A DNA stretch of 64,000 nucleotides from a virus, in the IMG/VR virus record IMGVR_UViG_3300015371_000007, positions 30,547 through 94,546 of that record; one strand, 5' to 3'. Below the pieces are notes generated by a model. The model was given only the letters and a program-made list of their open reading frames with translations, searched no databases and was not told where the DNA came from. Positions 47,900-56,384 of this stretch are shown piece by piece (the first letter of the stretch is position 1; each line of letters opens with the position of its first letter). Made by a program: the position numbers and the translations under genes.

Positions 47900-48778
47900 G
47901 TGGCGTGGCTCATGCCCGGATTCCCCGCACCGTTCATCAAGTTCCGGGAGGACGACGCCAACGGCTTTCCTTTGGCGGGCGGGAAGCTGTGGAGCTATAC
48001 CGCCGGCACCAGCTCGCTGCGCGCCACCTATAGCGACCAGGGGCTGGCGGTCCCCAACGCCAACCCGACGATCCTCGACGCCTCGGGCCGCGCCAACGTG
48101 TGGATCCAAGACGGCGTCGGCTACAAGTTCATTCTCACCGACAGTCTCGGCAACACCATCTGGACGCAGGACAACGTCCAAGTCCCGCAGATCGCCGCGA
48201 CGCCGGCTGCGTCCAACATCCCGGTTGGCGGCATCGTCGCCTTCGGCGGGACCGTGGCGCCCTCGGGCTGGCTCCTCTGCGACGGATCGTCGGTCGCGAC
48301 CGCCACCTATCCGGCGCTCTCGGCGGTCATCGGCACAACGTTCGGCGGCGGCGGCGCGAGCTTCAACCTCCCGGACCTCCGCCAGCGCTTTCCGCTCGGC
48401 AAGGCGGCAGCGGGGGTCGGCACGACGCTCGGCGCGACGGGCGGCGCGATCCAGCACCAACACGCCGGTCCGAGTCACACCCACACCATCAACGCGCATA
48501 CGCACACGCTCAACGCGCACACGCACACTGTGCCGCGCGATGGCTGGGGGTCGGCGGCGGTGACGCCCGGCGTCACCGGGCGCATCCAGACCGGCAACTC
48601 CGGCGGCGCGGGACCGGACGCCTCGCAGTACATGGCGACGACCGACGTCACCACGACCGGTGCGCCGAACCCGACGGATACCAGCTCCACGGCGCTCACG
48701 ACCAACTCCGGCGGTACCGCCCTCACGGACCCGCAGGACCCGCCGTACCTCGTTCTCAATTTCCTCATCAAGACCTGA
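47900..48778 (+). CDS. short tail fibre with virion-binding N-terminus and tail-collar domain
   Basis: NGFPLAGGKLWSY.AGT...NANPTILDASGRA; PVGGIVAFGG..APSGWLLCDG...FNLPDLR; H-T-H repeats. Confidence 0.85.
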   Translation: MAWLMPGFPAPFIKFREDDANGFPLAGGKLWSYTAGTSSLRATYSDQGLAVPNANPTILDASGRANVWIQDGVGYKFILTDSLGNTIWTQDNVQVPQIAATPAASNIPVGGIVAFGGTVAPSGWLLCDGSSVATATYPALSAVIGTTFGGGGASFNLPDLRQRFPLGKAAAGVGTTLGATGGAIQHQHAGPSHTHTINAHTHTLNAHTHTVPRDGWGSAAVTPGVTGRIQTGNSGGAGPDASQYMATTDVTTTGAPNPTDTSSTALTTNSGGTALTDPQDPPYLVLNFLIKT

Positions 48779-48786
48779 GAGGCTGC

Positions 48787-50769
48787 GTGCCAAAAGTTAG
48801 TCGTCGCGGGGATGTGATCATGGGCGCCGGGGGCGTCCCCGGTTCGCTCAACGGGCAGTACTACCCGTTCTCCACCTACGGGCGCGGCGCGTTCATCAAC
48901 GACACCACGCTCCTCGTGGCGCAGGCGCCCTCCGCGCTGCTCGGCACGTGGCCCATCGGCACCGCCGTGGCGACGACGGTGATCCCGCCGCGTGGCGCCA
49001 ACGCAGCGGCGGGCGGCGGCGGGCAATGGATTGCCCTCAGCGAAGCGACGGACGGGTCGCGCGCGTCGCTGCTCGTTGGGACGATTCCCGATCTGTACGG
49101 CGCCGGCATGGGCGACGTCGCCTTTGACGGCACCATCGCGTTCAAGTCGATCTACCAGTCGTACGACGGCGTCACGATCATCCCGCCTGGCGCGAGTCGT
49201 CCCGCGCGCGTGAACTGGCCGACCGAGATTCCGTCCGACTGGATCTCGATCCCTGACGCGCGCAACCCCTACGACCTGCAAGCGCTCCCCGGCGGCAAAG
49301 CCGTGTGGCGCGGTGGCGCCTTCGGCCGCGCGCCGCTCCGCCCGTTCTACGCCGACGCGATGAACATGCGGATAGCGACCACAGCGGACGGGACCGACTG
49401 GCTCTGCTACTGGACGAACGCGCGACCGGGATTGATTCTGCAACCCGACGGCGCGCACGAGGGCTACGTCCTCGAAACGCGCGGCGTGGCCTACAGCCAC
49501 GACCTCGTCGCCATCAACAACGACCTCTTCGTCGCGTCGTCGTGGACGCAGGGCGAGGGCCCCGGCGACATCGTCAAGCTCCGGGCGAATCGACAGAGCG
49601 TCACGTACCTCATCGACGTCGATCCGCAGCGCGTCGTCCCGACGTGGGAACCCTTCGAGGCGCCGATCGTCATTCCACCGATCACGCGGCCGATCTGGCT
49701 CGGCTGGTTCCAATTCGCGGACGCGCCGGTCCCGCCGACCAACTGCGTGCTCGCCGTCCGTCACGTCTCGGCGTCGGCCCATCCGGTTATCGTCACCTCG
49801 GAGAGCGAGACGCTCGCCGGCCCCTACGTCGGCTACTACGTGTCTGGCGGCGCGGTCGAGGAGGTCGAGCGTCAGGCACACGCCGTCTATCAGCGGGGCT
49901 TCGTCCCGTACGCGTATTGGGACCAGCGGCGCTGGCCGCGCTATCCGCAGCTCCCGCCCGGCAGCGTCTTCTGCCAGCAGGCGTACTGCGGCGCGGCTGA
50001 AACGCCCGCCGCCTTCGAGGCCGATCTGCGGCGCCTGCTCAGCAACCTGCCGCCGGGCCCCGTGGCGCTGGTCGCGCAGCAGTACACCTCGAACGCGTCG
50101 CTCGCCACCAATATCCGCGCGCTGATCCCGGTCTTCACGCGCCTGGTGCGCGACTTCCCGCAAATCGTCGCGCTGTTGCCGTTCTCCGGCTACGGCCGCG
50201 CCACCGGCTACGCGGATCACCCGGAAGTGCACGACGACTGGCTGCAGCTCCACGCGGCGATGCCGGGCCCGCCGCCGCTGCCGCCGCAACCGGGCGACCC
50301 GCCCGACCCGGAGCCTCCCGACCCGGAGCCGCCGGATCCCGAACCACCCGACCCCGATGGAGGAGACGTCGATATGACCCCGCAACCGATTGCGCTGCGC
50401 GGCTTCGCCGGCAAGTTCGCGCGCATTGATGCCGCGGAACTCGGCCAAGGCCTGTTCGGCGGTTACCCGATTCATTGGGATCGGGACAGTGTCGGCGAGG
50501 ACGAAACGTTCGAGCTGTCGAAGCCGGACGACAAGTACCAGATCACGCACCCCAAGACCGGCGTGATGCTCGGCGCGGACGCGACCTCGAACAGCGCGGA
50601 CCTCTGCAAGCAGTTCTACACGAGCGGCGGGGCCGTCACCGAGCGCGGGGGCTACGAGTCATGGACCGTCTTCCGCCTGCGCGCGGGCGGCACCATCTGC
50701 GCGCTCATCGAATACGACCAAAGCGGCGTCATCTACTGCTCATCCGACGTCACGGTCGAGGAGCTGTGA
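48787..50769 (+). CDS. multidomain hypothetical protein with Pro/Asp linker and C-terminal fascin/beta-trefoil-like module
   Basis: GTG 48787 in frame with ORF 48100..50769; (PPDPE)n linker; ALRG..GKF...DRDSVGEDETF and GGYESW motifs. Confidence 0.65.
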   Translation: MPKVSRRGDVIMGAGGVPGSLNGQYYPFSTYGRGAFINDTTLLVAQAPSALLGTWPIGTAVATTVIPPRGANAAAGGGGQWIALSEATDGSRASLLVGTIPDLYGAGMGDVAFDGTIAFKSIYQSYDGVTIIPPGASRPARVNWPTEIPSDWISIPDARNPYDLQALPGGKAVWRGGAFGRAPLRPFYADAMNMRIATTADGTDWLCYWTNARPGLILQPDGAHEGYVLETRGVAYSHDLVAINNDLFVASSWTQGEGPGDIVKLRANRQSVTYLIDVDPQRVVPTWEPFEAPIVIPPITRPIWLGWFQFADAPVPPTNCVLAVRHVSASAHPVIVTSESETLAGPYVGYYVSGGAVEEVERQAHAVYQRGFVPYAYWDQRRWPRYPQLPPGSVFCQQAYCGAAETPAAFEADLRRLLSNLPPGPVALVAQQYTSNASLATNIRALIPVFTRLVRDFPQIVALLPFSGYGRATGYADHPEVHDDWLQLHAAMPGPPPLPPQPGDPPDPEPPDPEPPDPEPPDPDGGDVDMTPQPIALRGFAGKFARIDAAELGQGLFGGYPIHWDRDSVGEDETFELSKPDDKYQITHPKTGVMLGADATSNSADLCKQFYTSGGAVTERGGYESWTVFRLRAGGTICALIEYDQSGVIYCSSDVTVEEL

Positions 50770-50773
50770 AGCG

Positions 50774-51829
50774 ATGAAAACGCTGCTCGACGCGCTCCCG
50801 GTCGCCGTGCCGTACCTGCCCGATGCCGCCGTCGAGCCGATTGCCCGGCTGTACTGCGACCACCAGATCTTCCGACAGGACACCGGGACCGCCTGGCGCT
50901 ACCGCGGCGTCTCCGCGTTCCCGTTCATCGATCGCTGGGCACGCGGCGACGACGTCACGTCGTTCCTCGCGGCGTTCCCCGGCTACAACACGCTCCGGGT
51001 CTGGCCGTACGTCCCGCGGGAGGATTGGGGCGACGCCGCGTGGGATACGCCGTCGAATGCCGTCATCGCCGAGGCGATTCGCTGGTGCGGCGCGCAGGGC
51101 TGGTACGTCGAGCTGACGCTCCTGACCGATGACGATCCGCACCGGATCCCGTGGGCGCAAACGCTCGTCGACTTCCTCGCGGCCGAGCACCTGCCGAACC
51201 TGCTGATCGAGATCGGCAACGAACCGCTCACGCACAAGACCATCGACTGCGCCGCGCTGCGCGACGTGTGCGAGGGCTCGCCGTACCTCTACGCCAGCGG
51301 GATCTACGAGGACGAGACCAAGTGCTTCGGCAACTACGGGACGGCGCACACGCCGCGCGACTCGGCGTGGGCGCGCAAGGCGCATGACCTGATGGAGTAC
51401 TACAACGGCAGCGGCCCGAATGCGCCACACAACGGTCTGCCGTGGCCGTGGGTCGGCGACGAACCGATCCGCCCCGACCAGATCGGCGGCGACCCGCGGC
51501 AGCGTGCGCTCGACTACCGCGCGCACGGCGCGATCTGCTCCCTGCTCGGTGCGGGCGCGACGTTCCACTTCGAGGGCGGCAAGCACCTCGAACTACCGAC
51601 CGACGTGGAGCGCGAGTGTGCGAAGGAGCTGCTGACCGGCCTGCTCGCGTACCCCGCCGATGCGCCCCGTGGCCCCTACAACCGCATCGTCGAGCCCGGC
51701 GCCGACGACCAGCACTCGCGCTGCTACATCGTGGGCCCGTGGATGGCGCGCGCGCGCCCGCCGCACCCGACACCGCCAGACGGCTACGTCGCGCTCGATC
51801 CTGACGGAATTATTTGCAGGCATGTATGA
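50774..51829 (+). CDS. glycoside hydrolase-like (clan GH-A type) protein, candidate lysin
   Basis: GYNTLRVW, LIEIGNEP (acid/base), WVGDEP (nucleophile-like). Confidence 0.6.
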   Translation: MKTLLDALPVAVPYLPDAAVEPIARLYCDHQIFRQDTGTAWRYRGVSAFPFIDRWARGDDVTSFLAAFPGYNTLRVWPYVPREDWGDAAWDTPSNAVIAEAIRWCGAQGWYVELTLLTDDDPHRIPWAQTLVDFLAAEHLPNLLIEIGNEPLTHKTIDCAALRDVCEGSPYLYASGIYEDETKCFGNYGTAHTPRDSAWARKAHDLMEYYNGSGPNAPHNGLPWPWVGDEPIRPDQIGGDPRQRALDYRAHGAICSLLGAGATFHFEGGKHLELPTDVERECAKELLTGLLAYPADAPRGPYNRIVEPGADDQHSRCYIVGPWMARARPPHPTPPDGYVALDPDGIICRHV

Positions 51830-51843
51830 AACGACCTCACCTA

Positions 51844-51925
51844 CCTGCCGCCGGTGCCTGGACCCCGCTGCTGGGAAACACGGTCGCCCCGGCCGTGATG
51901 TGAGTGGGACAGGCCCGGCGTCAGG
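51844..51925 (+). ncRNA. putative rod-shaped structured RNA/leader
   Basis: CCTGCCGCCGGTGCCTG pairs with CAGGCCCGGCGTCAGG; inner CCCGCT/AGTGGG and CACGGTCG/CGGCCGTG. Confidence 0.4.
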
Positions 51926-51965
51926 ACGTTCGCATTCATAACGCGTTCCCCCTTGGAGGACAACG

Positions 51966-52280
51966 ATGGCTCTCTCGAAATGGCTCGACCTCGTCAAGCT
52001 GCTGGCGCCCGTGGTGCTCGTCAACGTCAAGGGCGGCGAGAAGATCGCGCCGCTCGTCCCGCTCGTGATCAACGGCATCACCGAGGCCGAGCAGATGAAG
52101 GGCGCGACGGGCCCCGAGAAGAAGGCGCACGTCCTCAACATCGTCGACGCCGCCATCCAGACGATCAACGCCACCAGCAAGATCCACATCGACCTGGCCG
52201 GTGCGAAGGCGGCGACGAGCGGGGGGATTGATGCGGTCGTGAGCGCCGTCAACGCGGTCGCCAAGACTGACACGCCATGA
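51966..52280 (+). CDS. putative holin-like protein
   Basis: GGAGG RBS; amphipathic; EAEQ..G.TG.EKK pattern; follows hydrolase. Confidence 0.5.
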   Translation: MALSKWLDLVKLLAPVVLVNVKGGEKIAPLVPLVINGITEAEQMKGATGPEKKAHVLNIVDAAIQTINATSKIHIDLAGAKAATSGGIDAVVSAVNAVAKTDTP

Positions 52281-52606
52281 TGAGCGAACGGCAGGACACC
52301 AACTGGAAGCCGCTCGTGGCGGCGGCGGCGCTCTTGATTACGACCACGGCCGGGACCACCACGTTTGTGATTCATTGGGTGACAACCGAGATGGCGGCGC
52401 GCGTTGCCGCCGTCGAGCGGGCGCAGCAGGCGAACCAGGCCATGATGACCGAGATCCTCGGCCTGATGAAGACCGCGTCGACGACGATGCACGAGTTTGC
52501 CACGCAGCAGACCGACACCGCGCAGAAGCGCGACGCGCTGCTGTACCAGATTTGTCGGAACACGACGGATGCCGGGCGCTACAAGGGCGCGTCGGCGTGC
52601 CCGTAG
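52277..52606 (+). CDS. single-TM coiled-coil membrane protein
   Basis: LVAAAALLITTTAGTTTFVI TM then coiled coil with C-terminal Cys pair. Confidence 0.6.
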   Translation: MMSERQDTNWKPLVAAAALLITTTAGTTTFVIHWVTTEMAARVAAVERAQQANQAMMTEILGLMKTASTTMHEFATQQTDTAQKRDALLYQICRNTTDAGRYKGASACP

Positions 52607-52619
52607 CCGTGGAGGAACG

Positions 52620-52802
52620 ATGTCTCTGATTTCGTTGGTGGTCGTGCTCGTGATTTTCGGCGTCGGGCTCTATCTGATCGAGACCTACATCCCGATGTCG
52701 GCGCCGATCAAGACGCTGATCCGTGTCGTCGTGGTGATCGTGCTGGTGCTCTGGCTACTCAGCCTCTTCGGGATCGTGGGGCCGCGCCTGCCGCACGCCT
52801 GA
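52620..52802 (+). CDS. two-TM small membrane protein (Thivi_2564-like)
   Basis: MSLISLVVVLVIFGVGLYLIETYIPMSAPIKTLIRVVVVIVLVLWLL; GGAGG RBS. Confidence 0.75.
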   Translation: MSLISLVVVLVIFGVGLYLIETYIPMSAPIKTLIRVVVVIVLVLWLLSLFGIVGPRLPHA

Positions 52803-52807
52803 GCGGC

Positions 52808-53026
52808 TTACTCGTCTAGCTCCGCGTACGCGCGAATCTCGGTGTCGCTGTGGAAGTTAAAGACCACCGCGGGCTCACCGGCGACCTCGACGCGCGCCCA
52901 CCAGTGCCCACGGTCCATGCGCTCGATCCGGACCATCGTGGGCGTGCGGATGACGACGTCGTCCAGCTCGCCCTTGTCATCCGGCCGCAGCTCCACGGTC
53001 GGCTCGCCGTCGCGCGTGCGCTTCAT
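52808..53026 (-). CDS. hypothetical protein
   Basis: GGAGGGG RBS; LDDVV...RIERMD..HWW. Confidence 0.6.
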   Translation of the reverse strand: MKRTRDGEPTVELRPDDKGELDDVVIRTPTMVRIERMDRGHWWARVEVAGEPAVVFNFHSDTEIRAYAELDE

Positions 53027-53352
53027 GCCCCCTCCGGGCCGTCGAATCCCGGATGCGCGCGATCGAGGCATCGCTGGCAGAGGTCAGGATGCGGCAGGCC
53101 GGCGAGCACCATCGCGCCGCAATCCGGGCAGTGGTACATGCCGATCGGCGCGCCCGCCAGCGCCTCCGGCTTCTCCGCGCAGTTGGCGGGGAAGGTCGGC
53201 ACATCCGTGTCGTAGCAGCGGCCGCACATCGGCAGCTCGCGGTCGCAGAGCTGGCATTTCCCGTCCATCCGCCATTCCCAGCACTCGTGGCCGGCGCCGG
53301 CCGCGACGTCGGCGCGCAGCGTGGCGATCTGCGCGGGCGTGAACTCAGTCAT
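53023..53352 (-). CDS. Cys-rich zinc-binding hypothetical protein
   Basis: multiple CxxC; PIGMYHCPDCG. Confidence 0.6.
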   Translation of the reverse strand: MTEFTPAQIATLRADVAAGAGHECWEWRMDGKCQLCDRELPMCGRCYDTDVPTFPANCAEKPEALAGAPIGMYHCPDCGAMVLAGLPHPDLCQRCLDRAHPGFDGPEGA

Positions 53353-53704
53353 GCGGCCCCTCCCCAAAACGCTGGCGCCACCGATTCTGCTCCAGATCGC
53401 ACGCCGCGCGCGCCGACTCGCGTCGGCTCATCTCCGGCGGCTCGCACGCATCGTCGCCGCCGAAGCATGAGCAGAGCTGCAGCTGGTGGCCGACCGACCC
53501 GAGGATGGAGCGGAGAAAACACTCGACGTGCTGATAGACGTAGCGCGGGCCCTGCAGGCTGAGGTGTGGCATCTGCACGCCGCTGTCCTCCGGGGCGATC
53601 AGCTCCCCGCACCAGAGGCAGGTTTCCCCGACGGGCACGGGGACCTGCGGCGTCGTGTCGTTGAACGGCGCGCCCCAATGCGTACCGAACCAGGCGGTCG
53701 TCAT
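53345..53704 (-). CDS. Cys/His-rich hypothetical protein
   Basis: CLWC...HVEC...GH..CSC. Confidence 0.65.
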   Translation of the reverse strand: MTTAWFGTHWGAPFNDTTPQVPVPVGETCLWCGELIAPEDSGVQMPHLSLQGPRYVYQHVECFLRSILGSVGHQLQLCSCFGGDDACEPPEMSRRESARAACDLEQNRWRQRFGEGPHD

Positions 53705-53871
53705 GGTGGGTCTTTCTTACACTTGCCGCACGTGACGCGCGCGGGGTCGTTCGTCGCCAAGCGCAGCGTAGCGTACACGCCGCAGCGCGTGCTTGTGGTA
53801 CGAAAGACGTCCGCGCGCGTCAAATCCTGCGGCAGGCTCGCGCGATGGACGCGCTCGACATGGCGCTTCAC
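53701..53871 (-). CDS. small zinc-finger-like protein (..VTCGKC)
   Basis: read manually; GTGA and ATGA overlaps with both neighbours. Confidence 0.5.
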   Translation of the reverse strand: MKRHVERVHRASLPQDLTRADVFRTTSTRCGVYATLRLATNDPARVTCGKCKKDPP

Positions 53872-54089
53872 GTCTGCCCTTGGCCCATCGCCCGCGGCCC
53901 GTCGCGCTCAATGTCATCCGCGACCCTGCGTAATATCGTGGGCACCGTGAGCATCTCTTCAAGGGGGAGCTGGGACGAAAACCCGTTGCCGTGCTCGCCG
54001 TCGAAGATGATGAGCAGCACGCCCTTCGCCTTCGCCGCCAGCCGCGCTTGCGTGGCGAGGTCATCATACCGTCCGCGTCCGACCGGCAT
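53868..54089 (-). CDS. hypothetical protein
   Basis: AGGAGG RBS; GRYDDLAT..R. Confidence 0.65.
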   Translation of the reverse strand: MPVGRGRYDDLATQARLAAKAKGVLLIIFDGEHGNGFSSQLPLEEMLTVPTILRRVADDIERDGPRAMGQGQT

Positions 54090-54095
54090 CGGCAC

Positions 54096-54382
54096 CTCCT
54101 AGTACTGTGCGGAACCGACACAACTGTGGTCGCCGTGGGGGCGAATGCCCTTGGGCGCCGCGAATGTGAAAAACTACTGAAGACCTATTTCAACCCTAGT
54201 AAAGGTTGGACACCGACCTAGTATTGTAGTAGAACACGGGAGAGGCGCCAAACGCGGGATGTCGGTCCGCGTGTTGCGCGCTCCCTCCGGAGCCCCTTTG
54301 ATGTCCCCTCGCGCGATTGACTCGCGGCGCTCGGCTCGGGGGGAACTGTATCCCACACGACAGTTCGACGGGAAGGAGGCAC
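54096..54382. promoter_or_regulatory. divergent control region with sigma70-like promoter and CCTAGTA repeats
   Basis: AT-rich island between divergent gene blocks; TGGACA(54207)-17 nt-TAGAAC(54230); CCTAGTA at 54098, 54195, 54217. Confidence 0.55.
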
Positions 54383-54601
54383 ATGGCCGAGTCACGCATC
54401 GTTCACCATTGTGCGGTCACGACGGAGCCCGTCGACGAGGATCGCGTGCAGATCGCGGTGACGTGCGATCGCTGCGACCCCGTGGTGTTTGTGATCCCGA
54501 CGGTGCATGTGCGGACGCTCAAGCGCGCGCTCGCGGCGATCTACGCGCGAGAGCCGGGCGTGCAGCGGCTCGACTTGCGCGAGGAATCGTCGCCGCACTG
54601 A
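54383..54601 (+). CDS. hypothetical protein
   Basis: AAGGAGG RBS, ATG. Confidence 0.6.
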   Translation: MAESRIVHHCAVTTEPVDEDRVQIAVTCDRCDPVVFVIPTVHVRTLKRALAAIYAREPGVQRLDLREESSPH

Positions 54602-54602
54602 C

Positions 54603-55124
54603 ATGCGGCCCCGCAAGATTATCTCCGGCGGGCAAACCGGCGCGGACCTCGGCGGATTGGTCGGCGCGCGCGCGGTCGGCATCGCCACGGGCGGCACGGC
54701 GCCGAAGGGCTACCGCACCGATGCGGGACCGCAGCCGGAGGTGCTCCGCGCGTTCGGCCTGGTCGAGCACGCGTCGAGCGCGTATCCGCCGCGTACGCGC
54801 TGCAACGTGCTGGACAGTGACGCGACGGTGCTGTTCGGCCGGCTGGCGTCGCCGGGGTGCACGTTGACCATCGGGCTGTGTCGGCGACATCGGAAACCGT
54901 ACCTCGAGAACCCGTCGGCGTTCGAGCTGCGGCGGTACTGTTTGGTGAATCAGATTGCTGTGCTGAACGTGGCCGGCAACCGTGAGCGGACGAACCCTGG
55001 CATCGCACGGCGCGTTGCCACCATCATCGTCGAGGCGTTTCGACGTGACGGGGAACAGCTGCGAGGAGGCTTTCGCCAGCCTTCCGGAACCCAAGGCGAA
55101 AGAGATGAGGACAGGAATGGGTAA
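54603..55124 (+). CDS. SLOG-superfamily protein (putative molybdenum-carrier/YpsA-like)
   Basis: KIISGGQTGAD, TGGTAPKG, YPPRT..NV.DSDAT, LNVAGNRE. Confidence 0.85.
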   Translation: MRPRKIISGGQTGADLGGLVGARAVGIATGGTAPKGYRTDAGPQPEVLRAFGLVEHASSAYPPRTRCNVLDSDATVLFGRLASPGCTLTIGLCRRHRKPYLENPSAFELRRYCLVNQIAVLNVAGNRERTNPGIARRVATIIVEAFRRDGEQLRGGFRQPSGTQGERDEDRNG

Positions 55125-55392
55125 GAAGCACTCGGCCCACGCGCGAGAGACTGACGAGGACGAAGGTCAGCCTCTCCGCGCGTGGCACGTCATCGGGAAC
55201 AATCACGGCGACACGACCGTCGCTGCGCACGCCTGCTCGACCTACGAGGGCGTGCTCACCTTCGCACGACGCGACCCCACCAGCCACGACTTCATCGTCG
55301 TCCGCGCCTTTAACCGCCAAGCCTGGCAAGACTGCGAACTCGTCGACACGACCAGTTCGCCAGAGGTGACGAGTGGACATCACGATCAATGA
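55117..55392 (+). CDS. hypothetical protein
   Basis: GAGG upstream of ATG; VRAFN..AW motif. Confidence 0.55.
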   Translation: MGKKHSAHARETDEDEGQPLRAWHVIGNNHGDTTVAAHACSTYEGVLTFARRDPTSHDFIVVRAFNRQAWQDCELVDTTSSPEVTSGHHDQ

Positions 55393-55663
55393 AGCGCTGA
55401 CCTGGCTCAAGACGCTGCGCGAGCGGCACACCGAGCTGGTGCAGCTCCGGAACGAAAACAGTGCGACGACGCGCCGGCACTTCGGCGTGGGCGGCGACAA
55501 GGAGACCGTGCGCGAGCCGGTCTACGACGTCAAGGCGCTCGACAAGCTGGTGACGCGCGTCGCGCGCGAGGTCCAGCAGCTGGAGCAGGCGATTAAGGTG
55601 ACCAACGCGACGACGAAGGTCATCGGGTACACGAAAGACGACGCGGTGTTGGGCGAGCTGTAG
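55373..55663 (+). CDS. DIP1984/septicolysin-like coiled-coil protein
   Basis: ITINEAL..LK.L..R..EL N-terminus and L..AIK.TNA.T C-terminus; GAGGTG RBS. Confidence 0.65.
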   Translation: MDITINEALTWLKTLRERHTELVQLRNENSATTRRHFGVGGDKETVREPVYDVKALDKLVTRVAREVQQLEQAIKVTNATTKVIGYTKDDAVLGEL

Positions 55664-55894
55664 GGTTCGCCCCGTGACGGGGAGAGGCGTTTGGACGAAG
55701 GGGTGGTCTAGTGGCGTCGCGCACCGTGCCACGAAAAACCGAACGGCGCAACCAAGCAACGGGCTTGTAACCCGAACTGCCTCAGCCTCCAAAGCTGATT
55801 CTTTGTTGGTTGTTGGTCGTTGCTAGTTGGTCGTCCCTGTCGTTGATTGTTGATTGTTTGCCCGGCCACCGCCGGACGTCGCTCCCCGAACCCT
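55662..55894 (+). ncRNA. putative structured ncRNA with heptamer-repeat tract
   Basis: closing stems AGGGTTCG/CGAACCCT, GGGAG/CTCCC, GGCGTTTGG/CCGGACGTC, GGTGGTC/GGCCACC; internal hairpins; no credible ORF. Confidence 0.6.
55802..55859 (+). repeat. eight degenerate 7-nt repeats, consensus NTNGTTG
   Basis: TTTGTTG GTTGTTG GTCGTTG CTAGTTG GTCGTCC ct GTCGTTG ATTGTTG ATTGTTT. Confidence 0.85.
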
Positions 55895-55919
55895 CGGTAG
55901 GCAGACGAAGGGGGATAGC

Positions 55920-56384
55920 ATGACGATTGAAGACGTGTTGCAGTATTGTCGGGCCACGCAGAGCGAATGGCACTTGTACCACGGCACCGTGCGCTCGCAG
56001 CGGACGGGGTTGTGCGTGATTGAGGCGATGTACTTCGCCCGCACCGGCGTCCACCGGTGCTTCACCGCCGCTGGAGAGGAAATGGGCCTCAGCGAGTTCG
56101 ACTTGTCGATGGTGGTCAACGCCGCCGACAGCCCCTTCGGGTCGCGGCTGCGCGGGCCGCTGCTGGAGGCGTGCGGATTGCGGGAGCTGGAGCGCCTGCC
56201 CACCACCATCGTCCCGGCGCAGCCGATCTACGTCCAGTACGTCGTCCACGCGGTGCCGGTCCACATCGCCGACATGAAGGCGTTCATGGACAGCGCCTTC
56301 GAGACGTACATTCCGCCGGTGCCGGTGAAGACCGACCTCGCCCCGGCAGTGCGCGAGGAGGAACGGGAGCTGGTGCCCGCGTAA
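55920..56384 (+). CDS. hypothetical protein
   Basis: AAGGGGG RBS, ATG 55920. Confidence 0.6.
   Translation: MTIEDVLQYCRATQSEWHLYHGTVRSQRTGLCVIEAMYFARTGVHRCFTAAGEEMGLSEFDLSMVVNAADSPFGSRLRGPLLEACGLRELERLPTTIVPAQPIYVQYVVHAVPVHIADMKAFMDSAFETYIPPVPVKTDLAPAVREEERELVPA

Noticed and set aside
48100-48786. N-terminal 229 codons of ORF 48100..50769
   Set aside because: Out-of-frame overlap with the tail-collar gene; real start taken as GTG 48787.
55802-55859. AAC-rich minus strand resembling a DGR template repeat
   Set aside because: Period is 7 nt rather than codon-based; no matching variable repeat or reverse transcriptase was found in the window.
55662-55894. CRISPR mini-array or tRNA
   Set aside because: No 23-50 nt repeats with spacers, and no cloverleaf or T-loop consensus.
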